A DNA stretch of 64,000 nt. Origin: Hormiphora californensis (taxonomy: Eukaryota > Animalia > Ctenophora). Below the pieces are notes generated by a model that did not search any database, had not been told where the DNA came from, and was given only the letters and a program-made list of their open reading frames with translations. Position 1 is the stretch's first letter. Every line of letters starts with the position of its first letter. The stretch spans positions 6,696,001 through 6,760,000 of the forward strand of contig CM035357.1 in NCBI GenBank assembly GCA_020137815.1, in the 5' to 3' direction. Positions 24,964 through 63,186 of this stretch are shown piece after piece. Made by a program: the position numbers and the translations under genes.

Positions 24964-26364
24964 TTGTCTAAAGATTTCTCTGAGTTCAGTATCACTACAA
25001 CACCGGTACGTAAAAACATCGACCCCCCGTGTAACCCTGGGAATACACCCGGATTATTCTCCACCCCAAGTCCCGTTCCCAACATCTTGAGCGACCCAAC
25101 CCAAACGCCTCATATACACACCTCGGTGTCAAGGAAATGCCTATGTGGCAAAGCCCATACTGAACCCGGCAGCTCTGGTCTCGTACACTGCTATTCCTGC
25201 AATACTCACTATCATGCAGACTGTGTGGGCCTTAATTTCCTCTCTATTGCAAAAGGGTCCATCCCTATAACCGATGGTGTTTATAACGCCCCTGGTTGGT
25301 CTTGCCCTGTATGTCTAGTTTTCGCCCAACTGATGCAACCCGACAGCGCATTATTCAATAAGATAGCTGAAAACGCTGCCCGCATCTTCGCTTCTACCGC
25401 AACCGCTCCTACTAAAACCGTCAGCCAGCAACACACTCGAGCTGAAAACGCGCCCACAGACATTGTTACTCCCCAATGTAACAGAGGAAACTACTCGGAT
25501 GCTTTGAACATCAATACACCTGCCACAAGTGCAATTGATTCAACTGCCGCAGCTGCGCAACCCCAAGCTCATCCCCAGGCTAGAACTAAACAAACCCAGC
25601 AACAAACCCCCACCCAATCACAGCCCCGTGAGAGAGTGCATAAGCTGCTTATTTCTTGCAGTACTAATGATTCCAGTAAAACAGCCAAGTCAGTAAGTGA
25701 CTGCCTTGCCGAAACACCCATGCTGTTCCTTGGCACAAAAAATGCTGCAGAGATCAAGATTGGATTTCCTGAATCAACTAACATTGATGCAGTAATACAG
25801 CTAGTCACAGAGGCGATACCCAAAGATGCAACAGTTACCACTTTATCCTCCACTGCTAAAGTCACTATACTGAATGTACCTGAAAACATTGAATCCTTGT
25901 CAAACGACCAAGCTAAGAACAAAGTGCTAACCATGCTCCAACTCAAAAACCCATGGCTCAAGACTGAAGAGGTAACCATCGTGTACATCAAAAGTCACTA
26001 TCGGAATAAGGATAAATGTACCATTGGCCTACGTCTACCGATTCCCGCACAACAGCGTCTCCTTGACGCCGGTAAAGTATACTATGCAACATCCCGACTT
26101 AATGTTGTGGAACGTTTCCACATTTCACAGTGCATCAAATGCCACCGTTTCAACCACAGGACCACTGAGTGCACCAGCTCAGTACTAGTTTGCAAACTAT
26201 GTGGAGATAATCATGATGTCAAGGACTGTACCGATAGGAAAAAACTGTTTTGTATAAACTGTAGTAGTTCTGATACATTCAAGTCCGAGGCCAGCCGTCA
26301 CCACAGTGGAGATAGATTGTGCCCTGTCCGCCAACAGTTGCAGCAGTTACATTCAAAAAACTAG
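24964..26364 (+). CDS. LINE ORF1: PHD finger + three gag-like CCHC knuckles
   Basis: CLC..CYSCNTHYHADC..WSCPVC (PHD); CIKCHRFNHRTTEC, CKLCGDNHDVKDC, CINC..H..C. Confidence 0.88.
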   Translation: MSKDFSEFSITTTPVRKNIDPPCNPGNTPGLFSTPSPVPNILSDPTQTPHIHTSVSRKCLCGKAHTEPGSSGLVHCYSCNTHYHADCVGLNFLSIAKGSIPITDGVYNAPGWSCPVCLVFAQLMQPDSALFNKIAENAARIFASTATAPTKTVSQQHTRAENAPTDIVTPQCNRGNYSDALNINTPATSAIDSTAAAAQPQAHPQARTKQTQQQTPTQSQPRERVHKLLISCSTNDSSKTAKSVSDCLAETPMLFLGTKNAAEIKIGFPESTNIDAVIQLVTEAIPKDATVTTLSSTAKVTILNVPENIESLSNDQAKNKVLTMLQLKNPWLKTEEVTIVYIKSHYRNKDKCTIGLRLPIPAQQRLLDAGKVYYATSRLNVVERFHISQCIKCHRFNHRTTECTSSVLVCKLCGDNHDVKDCTDRKKLFCINCSSSDTFKSEASRHHSGDRLCPVRQQLQQLHSKN

Positions 26365-29288
26365 ATTTGCTCAATGTCCCTTATCTTCGCATCGGGAATC
26401 TTAATTGCTGCTCACTGCGAAACAAAACTGAAGAAGTACTAATTCTAGCCGCCGAACAAGAACTAGATGTACTATGCATTACTGAGTCCTGGTTATCCCC
26501 TAACGATGAGGCCCTCTCAAGAGAAATCGCTGAGCTGAACTTCAATTTACTCAATGTTGCTAGAGGTAGCAGAGGTGGGGGTGTGGCACTCATTTATAGG
26601 GATGGAATAAATGTAAAGAAATGTAAACTGAAGAAAAAGTTCTTAACCTTTGAGCTTCTTGAAGCCACTATTTACGGTCCAGGTATTGATCTCACAAGAA
26701 TAGCAGTACTCTACCGCCCTCCAAACCAACTTAAGCAGATACAGTTTCTGGATGATTTTGAAGCTTTCTTGTCCTCTTTCTCTTCGAAGTCTGGCCATCT
26801 GATGATAACCGGGGATTTCAATATACACATCGAAAAGCCTACATGCACTCTTGCAAACGGTTTCCTGCAAACCTTGGAAGACCATGGATGGATCCAGCAT
26901 GTTCAGGAACCCACCCATATCCTAGGAGGAACCCTGGACCTTGTATTGACCAAGGATGTCCCTATTGTAAGCTCTGTGAATGTTATCCCGACCCCCGAGG
27001 TTCCAGACCACTTTCTCGTTGACTTTCATCTACATTGTGGGTCAGCGAACAGGAAGCCAATCTCTAAGAAAGTTACTGGACGATCATTGAAGAAATTATC
27101 GATTGAAACCCTGAAAAACTACATACTCCAATCTAAACTCTGTAAACAACCTCTTCCGAAGACCGTTGAGGAGTGTGTTGAACTCTATAACACTACTCTT
27201 GTACAGATACTAGATGAACTAGCACCGATTGAGGATAAAGACATCAAACTCTCCAATAAACCACAGTGGTTCAATCAAGAGTGCTATGACGCCCTAAGAA
27301 GGCGAAGGAAGGCTGAGCGGAGATACAGAAAAGCCCTACAAAAGAAAAATAAAGGCAAACCCGTTCCCCACGACAAAGTACTAGATGCAGAGAAGGAGTT
27401 TATCACTGAGATCCGTGCTGCCAAGCTTGTTTTTACTCGAGCTAGAAGAATGTTCTTCCAAATACGCCTTGAAGCGGCTGAAGGTAATCCTGCGGCTACC
27501 TATCAGATCCTTAACTATCTTCTTGGCAAGGAGAAAGTTCCGAAGCAGTTACCAACCACAGACGAGCCTGAGAAGCTTCCAGAGAAGATGATGGACTACT
27601 TTAAATCCAAGATCGAGAAGATATATGAGACAATTAAAGAGGACCCTGCTTACTCAGCTGATCTGCCGACTATTCCCCATGAACTATCTGCTCATAACTG
27701 CCCGGTACTCTCCAAGTTTAGGACAGTGTCTGACGCTGAACTTGTATCAACTGTTCGGAGCATGAACAAGAAACACTGTCCTCTCGACCCTATTCCATCC
27801 ACCATGGTAGGTGGTTCTCTGACAGAACTCGTCCCCATTATCTCTAAGATTGTGAACGGTAGTCTATCGGACGGAGTGGTTCCAGTCAACTTAAAATCCG
27901 CTGTTATCCGACCCTCCTTGAAAAACAAAGAACTGGACCCAGACGAGCTCAGCAGCTACAGACCGATCTCTAATCTATCCTTTGTGTCCAAGATCCTAGA
28001 AAAATGTGTTGCCGATCAACTCACTGAGCACATTGAGAACAATGGTCTATTTAGCAAGGTTCAGTCTGCGTACCGCTCACATCATAGCTGTGAGACTGCA
28101 ACATTGAAGATCGTAAACGACACTCTAATACAGATGGACAAGAAAACAAAAGTGATCCTTGTGCTGCTCGATCTATCGGCAGCTTTTGACACTATATCTC
28201 ACTCTAAGCTCATTCAACGTCTACAACAAGACTATGGAATCACTGGCAGAGTTCTCAAGTGGATAGAGTCTTATTTGAATGATAGAACTGCGATAGTGAA
28301 GATTGGACCGAACGAATCTGCCGCCACGACCATCAAAATCGGAGTCCCTCAAGGATCGATATTGGGGCCCCTTCTCTTCATACTCTACACCCGTGACCTA
28401 GAGAAGATTGCTCAGCTGTACAATCTAAAGATACATATGTACGCAGATGATACACAGCTCTCGATATCTTTTGTGCCTCAAAACCTACTTTCAGCTATGA
28501 GCCAGGTACAAAAGTGTGTTGCCCATATCAGACTATGGATGGCTCAAAATCTTCTTAAGTTGAATCCTAACAAGACGGAGGTCATGATACTTAAAAACAA
28601 ATGGGATAAATCGGAAGCTCCTGATACAGTCGCCATAACAGAAGATGAGGATACAGTTGTAACTGAAGTAGCCAAGAACCTGGGAGTAATATTTGATAAA
28701 GAGCTAAACATGACCAAGCATGTAACACGGATAGTCCAGATGGGCAACCTACAGTTAATAAACATGTGGAGGATAGCTAGTAAGCTTAACAAGAATCAGA
28801 AGACTCTTCTTGTCAATACCCTGATACACTCAAGGATCGATTACTGTAATGCCCTACTCCTTGGTTCGAAGGAATCTGATATAAAACGTCTCCAAGTACT
28901 CCAAAACAGGGCCACACGATTTATATACGGTCAGCGCAGCAGAAGAGGTGTAACCGAATTGAGAAAGAAATCCCACTTCCTTCCAATCAACCAACGCATC
29001 GAGTACAAAATGTGCCTAATGGTATACAATGCACTAAATGGTAAATCTCCATGCTACATCACTGAGATGATCCAGAAGAGGCAGGCAAAGTCCAAGAAAC
29101 TCAGAGTAGATGAAGACGACACAAGGTTAGAGGAGTACCACTGCAAGTACAAGGTTACTGAGAAAGCATTTAGCATTGCTGCACCAAAACTCTGGAACAG
29201 ACTTCCAAAATTACTCAGGAAATCGGAGTCTGTATCAACATTCAAGAAATCACTGAAGACTCATCTGTTCAACATTGCCTATGGCTGA
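26319..29288 (+). CDS. LINE ORF2: APE endonuclease + reverse transcriptase, uninterrupted
   Basis: ITESWL, RGGGVA, YRPP, GDFN, LDLV, DH; SYRPISNL, LDLSAAFDT, GVPQGSILGP, YADD; RIDYCNALL; FKKSLKTHLF. Confidence 0.95.
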   Translation: MPCPPTVAAVTFKKLDLLNVPYLRIGNLNCCSLRNKTEEVLILAAEQELDVLCITESWLSPNDEALSREIAELNFNLLNVARGSRGGGVALIYRDGINVKKCKLKKKFLTFELLEATIYGPGIDLTRIAVLYRPPNQLKQIQFLDDFEAFLSSFSSKSGHLMITGDFNIHIEKPTCTLANGFLQTLEDHGWIQHVQEPTHILGGTLDLVLTKDVPIVSSVNVIPTPEVPDHFLVDFHLHCGSANRKPISKKVTGRSLKKLSIETLKNYILQSKLCKQPLPKTVEECVELYNTTLVQILDELAPIEDKDIKLSNKPQWFNQECYDALRRRRKAERRYRKALQKKNKGKPVPHDKVLDAEKEFITEIRAAKLVFTRARRMFFQIRLEAAEGNPAATYQILNYLLGKEKVPKQLPTTDEPEKLPEKMMDYFKSKIEKIYETIKEDPAYSADLPTIPHELSAHNCPVLSKFRTVSDAELVSTVRSMNKKHCPLDPIPSTMVGGSLTELVPIISKIVNGSLSDGVVPVNLKSAVIRPSLKNKELDPDELSSYRPISNLSFVSKILEKCVADQLTEHIENNGLFSKVQSAYRSHHSCETATLKIVNDTLIQMDKKTKVILVLLDLSAAFDTISHSKLIQRLQQDYGITGRVLKWIESYLNDRTAIVKIGPNESAATTIKIGVPQGSILGPLLFILYTRDLEKIAQLYNLKIHMYADDTQLSISFVPQNLLSAMSQVQKCVAHIRLWMAQNLLKLNPNKTEVMILKNKWDKSEAPDTVAITEDEDTVVTEVAKNLGVIFDKELNMTKHVTRIVQMGNLQLINMWRIASKLNKNQKTLLVNTLIHSRIDYCNALLLGSKESDIKRLQVLQNRATRFIYGQRSRRGVTELRKKSHFLPINQRIEYKMCLMVYNALNGKSPCYITEMIQKRQAKSKKLRVDEDDTRLEEYHCKYKVTEKAFSIAAPKLWNRLPKLLRKSESVSTFKKSLKTHLFNIAYG

Positions 29289-29319
29289 CCTCAGAATCCT
29301 TTCCTAAATCCTTTCCTCC

Positions 29320-29895
29320 ACCACCCATCATATCCTCCACCATCCATCCTATCCTCCACTTTTCGTTCTATCCTCCACCATCCGTCCTATCCTCCACCAT
29401 CTGTCCTATCCTCCACCATCCGTCCTATCCTTCACCATCCGTCCTATCCTCCACCATTCGTCCTATCCTCCACCATACGCTCTATCCTTAATCCTCCACC
29501 ATCCATCCTATCCTCCACTATCCGTCATATCCTCCACTTTCGCCCTCTCCTCCACCATCTGTCCTACCCTCCACCGACCACCATTCGTCCTATCCAGTAT
29601 CCTCCACCATCCGTCCTATCCTCCACCATCCGTCCTATCATCCACCATCTGTAATATCCTCCACCATCTGTCCCATCCTCCACCATTCGTCCTATCCTCG
29701 ACCATCCGTCCTATCCTCCATCATCCGCCCCGTTTTCCACCACCCGTCCTATCCTCCACCATGATATGTCCCATCCTCCATCATCCGTCCAATCCCCCAC
29801 CATCTTTCCTATCCTCCACCATCCATCCTTCACCATCCATCCTATCCTCCATCATCCTGCTCCTATCCTCCATCATCCGTCCTATTTCACCACCA
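29320..29895 (+). repeat. ~19-bp minisatellite (CCATCCGTCCTATCCTCCA)n in LINE 3' UTR
   Basis: Roughly 30 degenerate copies seen directly. Confidence 0.9.
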
Positions 29896-31803
29896 TCCTG
29901 AGTTAGGAGAGATGTCCTTCACATATTTATTCAGAGCTAGGGTTTTTTGAGCGATTATTCTTGTTCGTTTGTGTGTGGTGGGTGTATGGGTTAGTAGGAT
30001 CTTGGCAACCGAGATATGGGGTAGAGTCTGAGGGTAGTGGAGAATTGGCCGAGTATGGGCCAGGAGAAAACAGTTACAAGAAATATGTACCGTTACGAAA
30101 ACGGCTGAAAGTGCAGTTATTCCTGCAGACTGTAAATGAACACTTCGAAAGTGATGATAAGAACGTGTTTATCAATGACAATCTTACTATTTATATGTTA
30201 ACGATGTGTGCTAAACATGATTTACTGTTTCCAAGTAGTCTAGGTATGCTGTGTCCGTTTGTGTGTGCACCTCTGTGTTATCTTGTGTGATGACCATTTT
30301 TTAATTAACTTATTTAACTTAACTTATTTGTGTTTTGTGTATGTCTTTATTTTTGGGTGTTGGGGTATAAGTGTGAGTGTGAGTGTGAGTTTGAGTGGGA
30401 GTTGTGTGTGTGTGTGTGTGAGTGTGTTTGTGTGTGTGTATGTGTGGTGGAGTTTTGTAACTGCCGTATTTTAACTAACTTATTCGTCTTTTTCTTTTCG
30501 ATTTTAGTAATTTATTAAATCTGGTTAAATCTATCTGTCCGTTTGGCTCTCAGCTCATTGTTACCAGTCTCATTGGTTCGTCTGTGTGTGTTTGTCCCGC
30601 TTTAGGTAACTGCTGTTGTGCTATTAGCCTCGGCCTGGAAGCGTATATTAATGTACTTAATTTTTAACTATATTTTATACGTATAGTGTAAGAGCGGGAG
30701 AGTCATATATTTTCTTATATTGACTCGTTATAAATTGTGAAGTTCATATTCATATTCATATTCATCTGGTATCTTCTGGAATCTGGATAGGGAGCTCTCT
30801 TGGATGAGGTGCGCTCTTGATTTTGGTCTCTCTTGATTGTGGTGCGCTCTTGATTTTGGTCTCTCTTGGATGGGGTGCGCTCTTGGGCGCTCTTGGAGGC
30901 TCTTGGAGGCTCTTGAACTTTATTATGGTTCCTTATCCCTATCGGGGGCGGGGGGGCCAGCAGCGTTTGCCAAGCGGTCAAGACGGGATAGGGTTTAGTT
31001 TGGAGTTATTGATTAGTAAGTTTCAATTGTCAATTTGCTAACAGATAGTGTTAAGTTTACTCAAATTGGCCACGAGGTTGCGTGGTTTTAGCCGTTTGAA
31101 AAGAGTCGGTCTAATACCTAATTTGGTAGCGTGTACCTGTAAACAGGCTGCGAAGCACTCAGTTATATTGCGACCTCTCTGCAGGCCGCAGGGGTTAGTG
31201 GTTACGTGTCTCAGGGGTTACGTGTCGCAATCTTCACAGTATAGTATTTACTTTTTTGTGATATATCATGAAAAGTTGAAGATCGGTCGCGGTATCTTCT
31301 GGATAGGTAATTCTCTCGGAGTGGGCTCTTTTGGATGTGGTGATGTGGTGTGATCATGGATAGGGTGTGCTTTTGAACCTTTCTTGGCACACTATGGAGT
31401 ATGGGTATGATCCGTCCACCGTCCGTCAGTTGACACGTGTTTTAATTTCATCGTTACCGTTTGTACCTTCTATATTTCTTTTTCAGAGATAAAATTAAGT
31501 CATACATTCGAGAATGTTAAGAATGTCGTTTTGTGTCCATTCTGCCAACCAGTTTACTCTGATTCCGCACCCACACATGAGTCTAGTGTTGTTCAGTAAC
31601 ATGTCTAGTGGGTATTTTGAGGATGGAGTGGGTATGGAGAGTGGAGAAATTCCACAATCAATTCTAACTCACACAGATTCCCCGATATCCGCCTATAGTG
31701 CTGTCTAAGCACATTGCCCGGTGCCCGTATATCGGATAATGCAAATAAACCCACCAGCTGACTCTCGTTGCATTATATATAGAACAACAGCAACTACTTA
31801 CTA

Positions 31804-31959
31804 CAGTCGGGCCCCGATTTACCGGGATGATTGGGGGGAAAGGGTTTTGCCCGGTAAATCGGGGTCAAATACCGTTAATTTCCCAAATTGGGGGAATTTT
31901 ATACTCCCGGTAAATCAGGGTTCCGGTAAATCCGGGCCCGGTAAATTGGGGTTCGACTG
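31804..31959. mobile_element. Tc1/mariner-type MITE (CAGTCGG family)
   Basis: CAGTCGGGCCCCGATTTACC ... GGTAAATTGGGGTTCGACTG, TA flanks. Confidence 0.8.
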
Positions 31960-32141
31960 TACATGTATTCTGGATTCTGGCTTAAAAGTATAACGGAAAC
32001 AAACAACTGATTTTTGAGGAAATTTTCATAGTTTTAAATGCCTTTATCTAAACAATATTTCATTCCTCTTCACGTGGAATCCATTGGAATAACAAAACAT
32101 ATGTACCACCAATAGTCCTTTTAATACCACACACACATGAT

Positions 32142-33576
32142 CTAATCGCACATTTTCATGAATGACTGCCCAAAGTCATTGTCATCAACCTCCAGCCATA
32201 TTTCCTCGGTGTTGTTAAAGGTCTTGGACTTGCTTTCACACGTTACCGTCATGTTATTGAACAGCCACGCTCGTAGGGCAATGCACCTGATCTTTCCAAC
32301 GTCTCTCATATTTGGGAACACGAAGTTCTCTGTCTGTCCCTGGAAATTGTTTATAGTGTTATTATATGATCGTGTAGCAGATAATGTTTGCAGTTGGTGA
32401 CGCAGTCACCCTACACTGCACTGTAGCTGTGCGCAGCGTGGCTAAACGAAGCCCGCGAAGCAGTACTGAGCTACAACCAGGAATATTTTATAGCTGGTCA
32501 TCAACCCTGCTAATTAGAATCGGATAATTTACTTGGTTACGAAGTTACCCCTTGCCAGCGCGTGTGAGGTGTCTTCGATACCAAATAATTTACCTTTTCC
32601 AACCCTGCCGATTAGATAGATTAAGATCTACTGATTTACCTTTTCCAAGTCATTGATGTCGTCATTGTCGAAGATGCCAGTCATGGTTGCTCCCTTTTTC
32701 CCGTAGATAGTTGCCATGATCACGACACCATCTGAGTTAGCATGGTTCTTGTCGCTAGTCTCAGCAGTAATAGTGCAGGTCTTGTATCCCTGTTGACACA
32801 TCCATATCAAGGGAACGGAATCTGCAGAGATAGAAGTAGTGAAATCAATCCAAATAGGGTTACTAAAAAACCTTAGTTATATATCTGTTAGTATATACAA
32901 TAAAATACTAACTTAATTAATATGTAATAATTAATATTATCTCACCTCTGTCATTGTTGGATAGTTTCTGGTTGAAAGTGTTGTAGAAGTAGACTGGGTC
33001 GCCATTGTTGACCTGGATAGTGATTGTCCTTGGCCACCACCAGTCCTCACCATCAGTTTGGAGGTCAATACAGTGGATGTTCCCCAGCTTCAAGTTCGTC
33101 TCGTAGGTTACCTAAACAGATGTTGTCATAAAGTTCTGAATAATAAAATATACTGGGTTTGACCGGGAGTAGAACCAGGGCCAGGGACGTCATAATGTGC
33201 AGCAACTCTAAATTGATCGGATTCAATGTTTTATCTCATACAATTAATTGTGCAGTGTTACCGTTTTGAAGGAACTCTTTGGGAAGGAGCTTCCAAGCAG
33301 GAAGTTGACATCATTGCTAGCTCCATATATGGTGATGTTAATGTTGTCACTAGTTCCGCTGTAGCTGTAGTGGCCCTCAGTTCGTACTGTCACGGTAATA
33401 GTCTGCAAGGGAAGAAATATCAAAATATTATTTGATATCAACTAAATTAATCAATATTAATTGTCAACCTGACAGCATGGTTAAAATCCTTCTAGAGTGG
33501 ATTATAACAGGGGGACACCTACCGTGGCAGTAGTTAGGCCGAGTAGCCCAGTGAAAAGGAGTGCCGCTGCAAACAT
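32142..33576 (-). CDS. Secreted protein with two PLAT/LH2-like domains (~5 exons)
   Basis: Signal peptide MFAAALLFTGLLGLTTAT; ITVTVRT..SGTSDNINITIYG; LGNIHCIDL..EDWWWP..ITI; TITAETSD..IMATIYGKKG..DLEKGQTENF..DVGKIRCI. Confidence 0.7.
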
Positions 33577-34181
33577 CTTGATAGTCAGTGAGAGTAGTTT
33601 TGCAGTGAATTGAGGGGCTCTATTTAAACCCTGTGATTGATCACGCTCCCTTGTGGTTGATCACGGTTGGTCACGCGTATGGAGTATGATTTATTCCCAC
33701 GACAACACGACACACGTCAATCTACTAATAATTTGCTGGTGCCAGGGCGGCTGCGTCGTCCAGTAAAAAGAGCTCTCTCTATTGGTTCTTTCTCGTAATG
33801 GTCAACGAGTTAGAGGCAACATGAAAGACTGTCATTTGGCTAGAGACCAATAGCTCTCTAGTTTTCCCTTAATATTAAATTTATTAAATCTCTCTAGCTT
33901 TGCTCAAAAACACGAGAAAATTTAATATTATTAGGTAATAGTGCAGCAGAGTTATAGTAAAGTGACCCTGTTAACTCCTTTTACTACTCTCTAATACAAA
34001 CTGCACCGGTAGGCACCCTAATACCGTTCCCCGGGGAATCCCGATCACCACCTAGTAGATCTACCCCTGAGAAGAAGCAAAGTATATCTCGTGTTCGTGT
34101 CAATATGTAGTTTGTACATAATATGTACAATGTACATTGTGTGTAAATGTATGTACATTGTACATTGTACAATGTACATAC

Positions 34182-34185
<4 letters not shown>

Positions 34186-34239
<54 letters not shown>
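34186..34239. repeat. (CA)n microsatellite
   Basis: Direct. Confidence 0.95.
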
Positions 34240-34240
<1 letters not shown>

Positions 34241-34472
34241 GATGTACGTTTGTGTACTGGGCGTGCGCGTGGGACTGTCAAAAGTCTATCATTTCAGCAG
34301 TTACTGTGACAGAAAGCCGCGCGGCGCGGGAACTTCCGTGAGAAAAACGGCGGCAACATAACAGTCAATAACAAATCACAAATGTACAGTGTTTGTTTCA
34401 GTTCGAGAGGGAGACAGTCTGAACAAGAAAACATTCTAACTAACTCGTTCCCTTAGTAGTAGCTGAATAACA

Positions 34473-61216
<26,744 letters not shown>

Positions 61217-61228
<12 letters not shown>

Positions 61229-62170
61229 GTACGTGGGTGTGTGTGATGTGAGTGTGATGTGAGTGTGATCAGTGTAATGCCACTCGTAGTGGGTACGTGC
61301 ATGTGTGTGATCGGTGTTATGTGTACGTGCCATGTACTCGTAGTGGGTACGTGGGTGTGTGATCAGGTGTGCGGACTCTAGTGCTACACTCTAAGTCTAA
61401 AGAGGACTCTATATCTAAATTTAGATTTAGATAAAGAGTCCAAATAATTCTAAACTCTAGGAGGACTCTTTATCTAAAAAGTCTAAAAAAAGTGGACTCT
61501 ATATCTACATAAATCTAAATTAGATATAGAGTCCGCCTTTCGCCGCGAACTCGAGATTTCGGCCGTTAGGCCGGAAACGAGAGTTTGCTCTACCCCCATA
61601 CTAATTTAGAAGTGTTAGGGCCGTTATTTGGGTTCGAGGTTAGGGTTAGGGTTAGTGTTAGGGTCAGGTTTTGGGTTGGGTTAGGATTTTAGACATAGAG
61701 TCCGGGTTGGAGGATTTGGCGCCAAAATGTACTAGAGGACTCTATATATAGAGTCCTCTAGTACATTTTTCTATATCTAAAAACAGACTCTTTATCTACA
61801 GTTAGACTTTGAAAAAAGTTTAGATAAAGAGTCCGCCCAATGTAGACTTTTTAGATATATCTAAAAAGTCTACATTGGGCGGACTCTTTATCTAAACTTT
61901 TTTCAAAGTCTAACTGTAGATAAAGAGTCTGTTTTTAGATATAGAGTCCGCCTTGGATTTAGATAAAGAGTCCGTTAGCACTAGAGTCCGCCCACCGTGT
62001 GATCAGCATGTTATGAGTACGTGCCATGTACTCGTAGTGGGTACGTGGGTGTGTGATCAGCATGTTATGTGTACGTGCCATGTACTCGTAGTGGGTACGT
62101 GGGTGTGTGATCAGTGTTATATGTACGTGCCATGTACTCGTAGTGGGTACGTGCATGTGTGATCGGTGTT
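61217..62170 (+). repeat. ~52-bp tandem repeat containing the dynein exon donor (ACTCGTAGTGG|GTACGT), interrupted by a foldback element
   Basis: ACTCGTAGTGGGTACGTG recurs about 6 times. Confidence 0.8.
61366..61996. mobile_element. Foldback (Mutator-like) element with internal perfect palindromes and TTAGGG-like tract
   Basis: TIR GGTG(T/G)GCGGACTCTAGTGCTA; GTGTGATCA on both flanks; perfect palindrome 61771-61944. Confidence 0.75.
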
Positions 62171-62367
62171 TGTTTGTTTGTTTGTTTGTGATTGCTGCGT
62201 CCGGAGGATGACCTGCCCGAAAGTAGTAGATAAAGTATAAGTAGTATAGATTATACGTAGTATAGATTTTAGATCAGTTTTATGATACAATATATCTTGG
62301 TTAGGTGTAAACCTCCCTCCTTCTTTATTTACATGAAACCTCTCGCCTCCTACATACTAATTTTAAT

Positions 62368-63134
62368 CTACTCTACATCTCTACATCTCGGTGTCATAAA
62401 CAATATATTACCCTGTCTTATAATGATGTAGACTTCTTGAAGGTTCATGACGAAAATCCCATCGGTTGGCTCCTTTTCGTCGTCATAAAGGTAAACAGCA
62501 AGGGCCGGCTCTATTCTATCCGGACAAGACAGTGTGTAGGTTTGGGCTTCTTGAGAATACCGATCAGGGTTGAGAGAGTTGATCGTCCCACATATTGTGG
62601 TGGTTGTCGCTCCGATAAGAGACACTTGTGTACCCAATAGTCGATTTGTGGCGTACCAATAACCGTAGTACCTATAATGATATTATATTAATACATATAC
62701 AGTCGGACCCCGATTTACCGCGGGATGATTAACTTCCCCCGAACTATTTTTGTTTTTGAACTCGTACATATCACACATCAATAGGGGTGAGGAGTCAGTA
62801 GGGCGTGAGAGGAGTCAGTAGGGCGTGAGAGGAGTCAATAGGGCGTGAGAGGAGTCAATAGGGGGTGAGAGGAGTCAATAGGGCGTGAGAGGAGTCAATA
62901 GAGGGTGAAATGCGTCAATGGGGGGGGGAGTCAGTAAGGGGTGATAGGAGTTAACAGTAGGGAGAGGAGTCAATAGGGGTGAGGGGTAGGGAGTCAATAG
63001 GGCGTGAGAGGAGTCAATAGGGGTGAGGGGTAGGGAGTCAATAGGGGGTGGGATGATTGGCAATCAGTAGGGGGTGAGGGAAGTCAATCTAGGTATAAGG
63101 AGAGTCAACAGGAGGAAGATGGGTCCATTCAATA

Positions 63135-63186
<52 letters not shown>

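Larger units (their letters stand above)
24868..30765 (+). mobile_element. Apparently full-length L2-group LINE with ~1.5-kb 3' UTR
   Basis: ORF1+ORF2; 3' terminus TGTAAGAGCG..GAGTCA stem-loop..TATAAAT followed by (TTCATA)n tail; TCATCT at both junctions (24862, 30762). Confidence 0.8.
21687..30933. mobile_element. Inverted-repeat-bounded composite containing a Penelope-like element and an L2 LINE
   Basis: Left arm 21687-~21830 AGGAACCATAATAAAGTTCAAGAGCCTCCAAGAGC... is the reverse complement of 30790-30933; both carry ~31-bp CAAGAGAGACCAAAATCAAGAGC subrepeats; TA on both outer flanks. Confidence 0.75.

Noticed and set aside
29320-29895. CRISPR-like array
   Set aside because: Degenerate head-to-tail minisatellite with no unique spacers; eukaryotic context with no cas genes
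33984-34361. ORFs rich in CV/HT/SL/RE dipeptides (also 9816, 30259, 36944, 37852, 46644-47348)
   Set aside because: Translations of microsatellites or low-complexity repeats
63136-63185. Poly-G tract as a G-quadruplex element
   Set aside because: Long G homopolymers are commonly sequencing or assembly artefacts; cannot be evaluated
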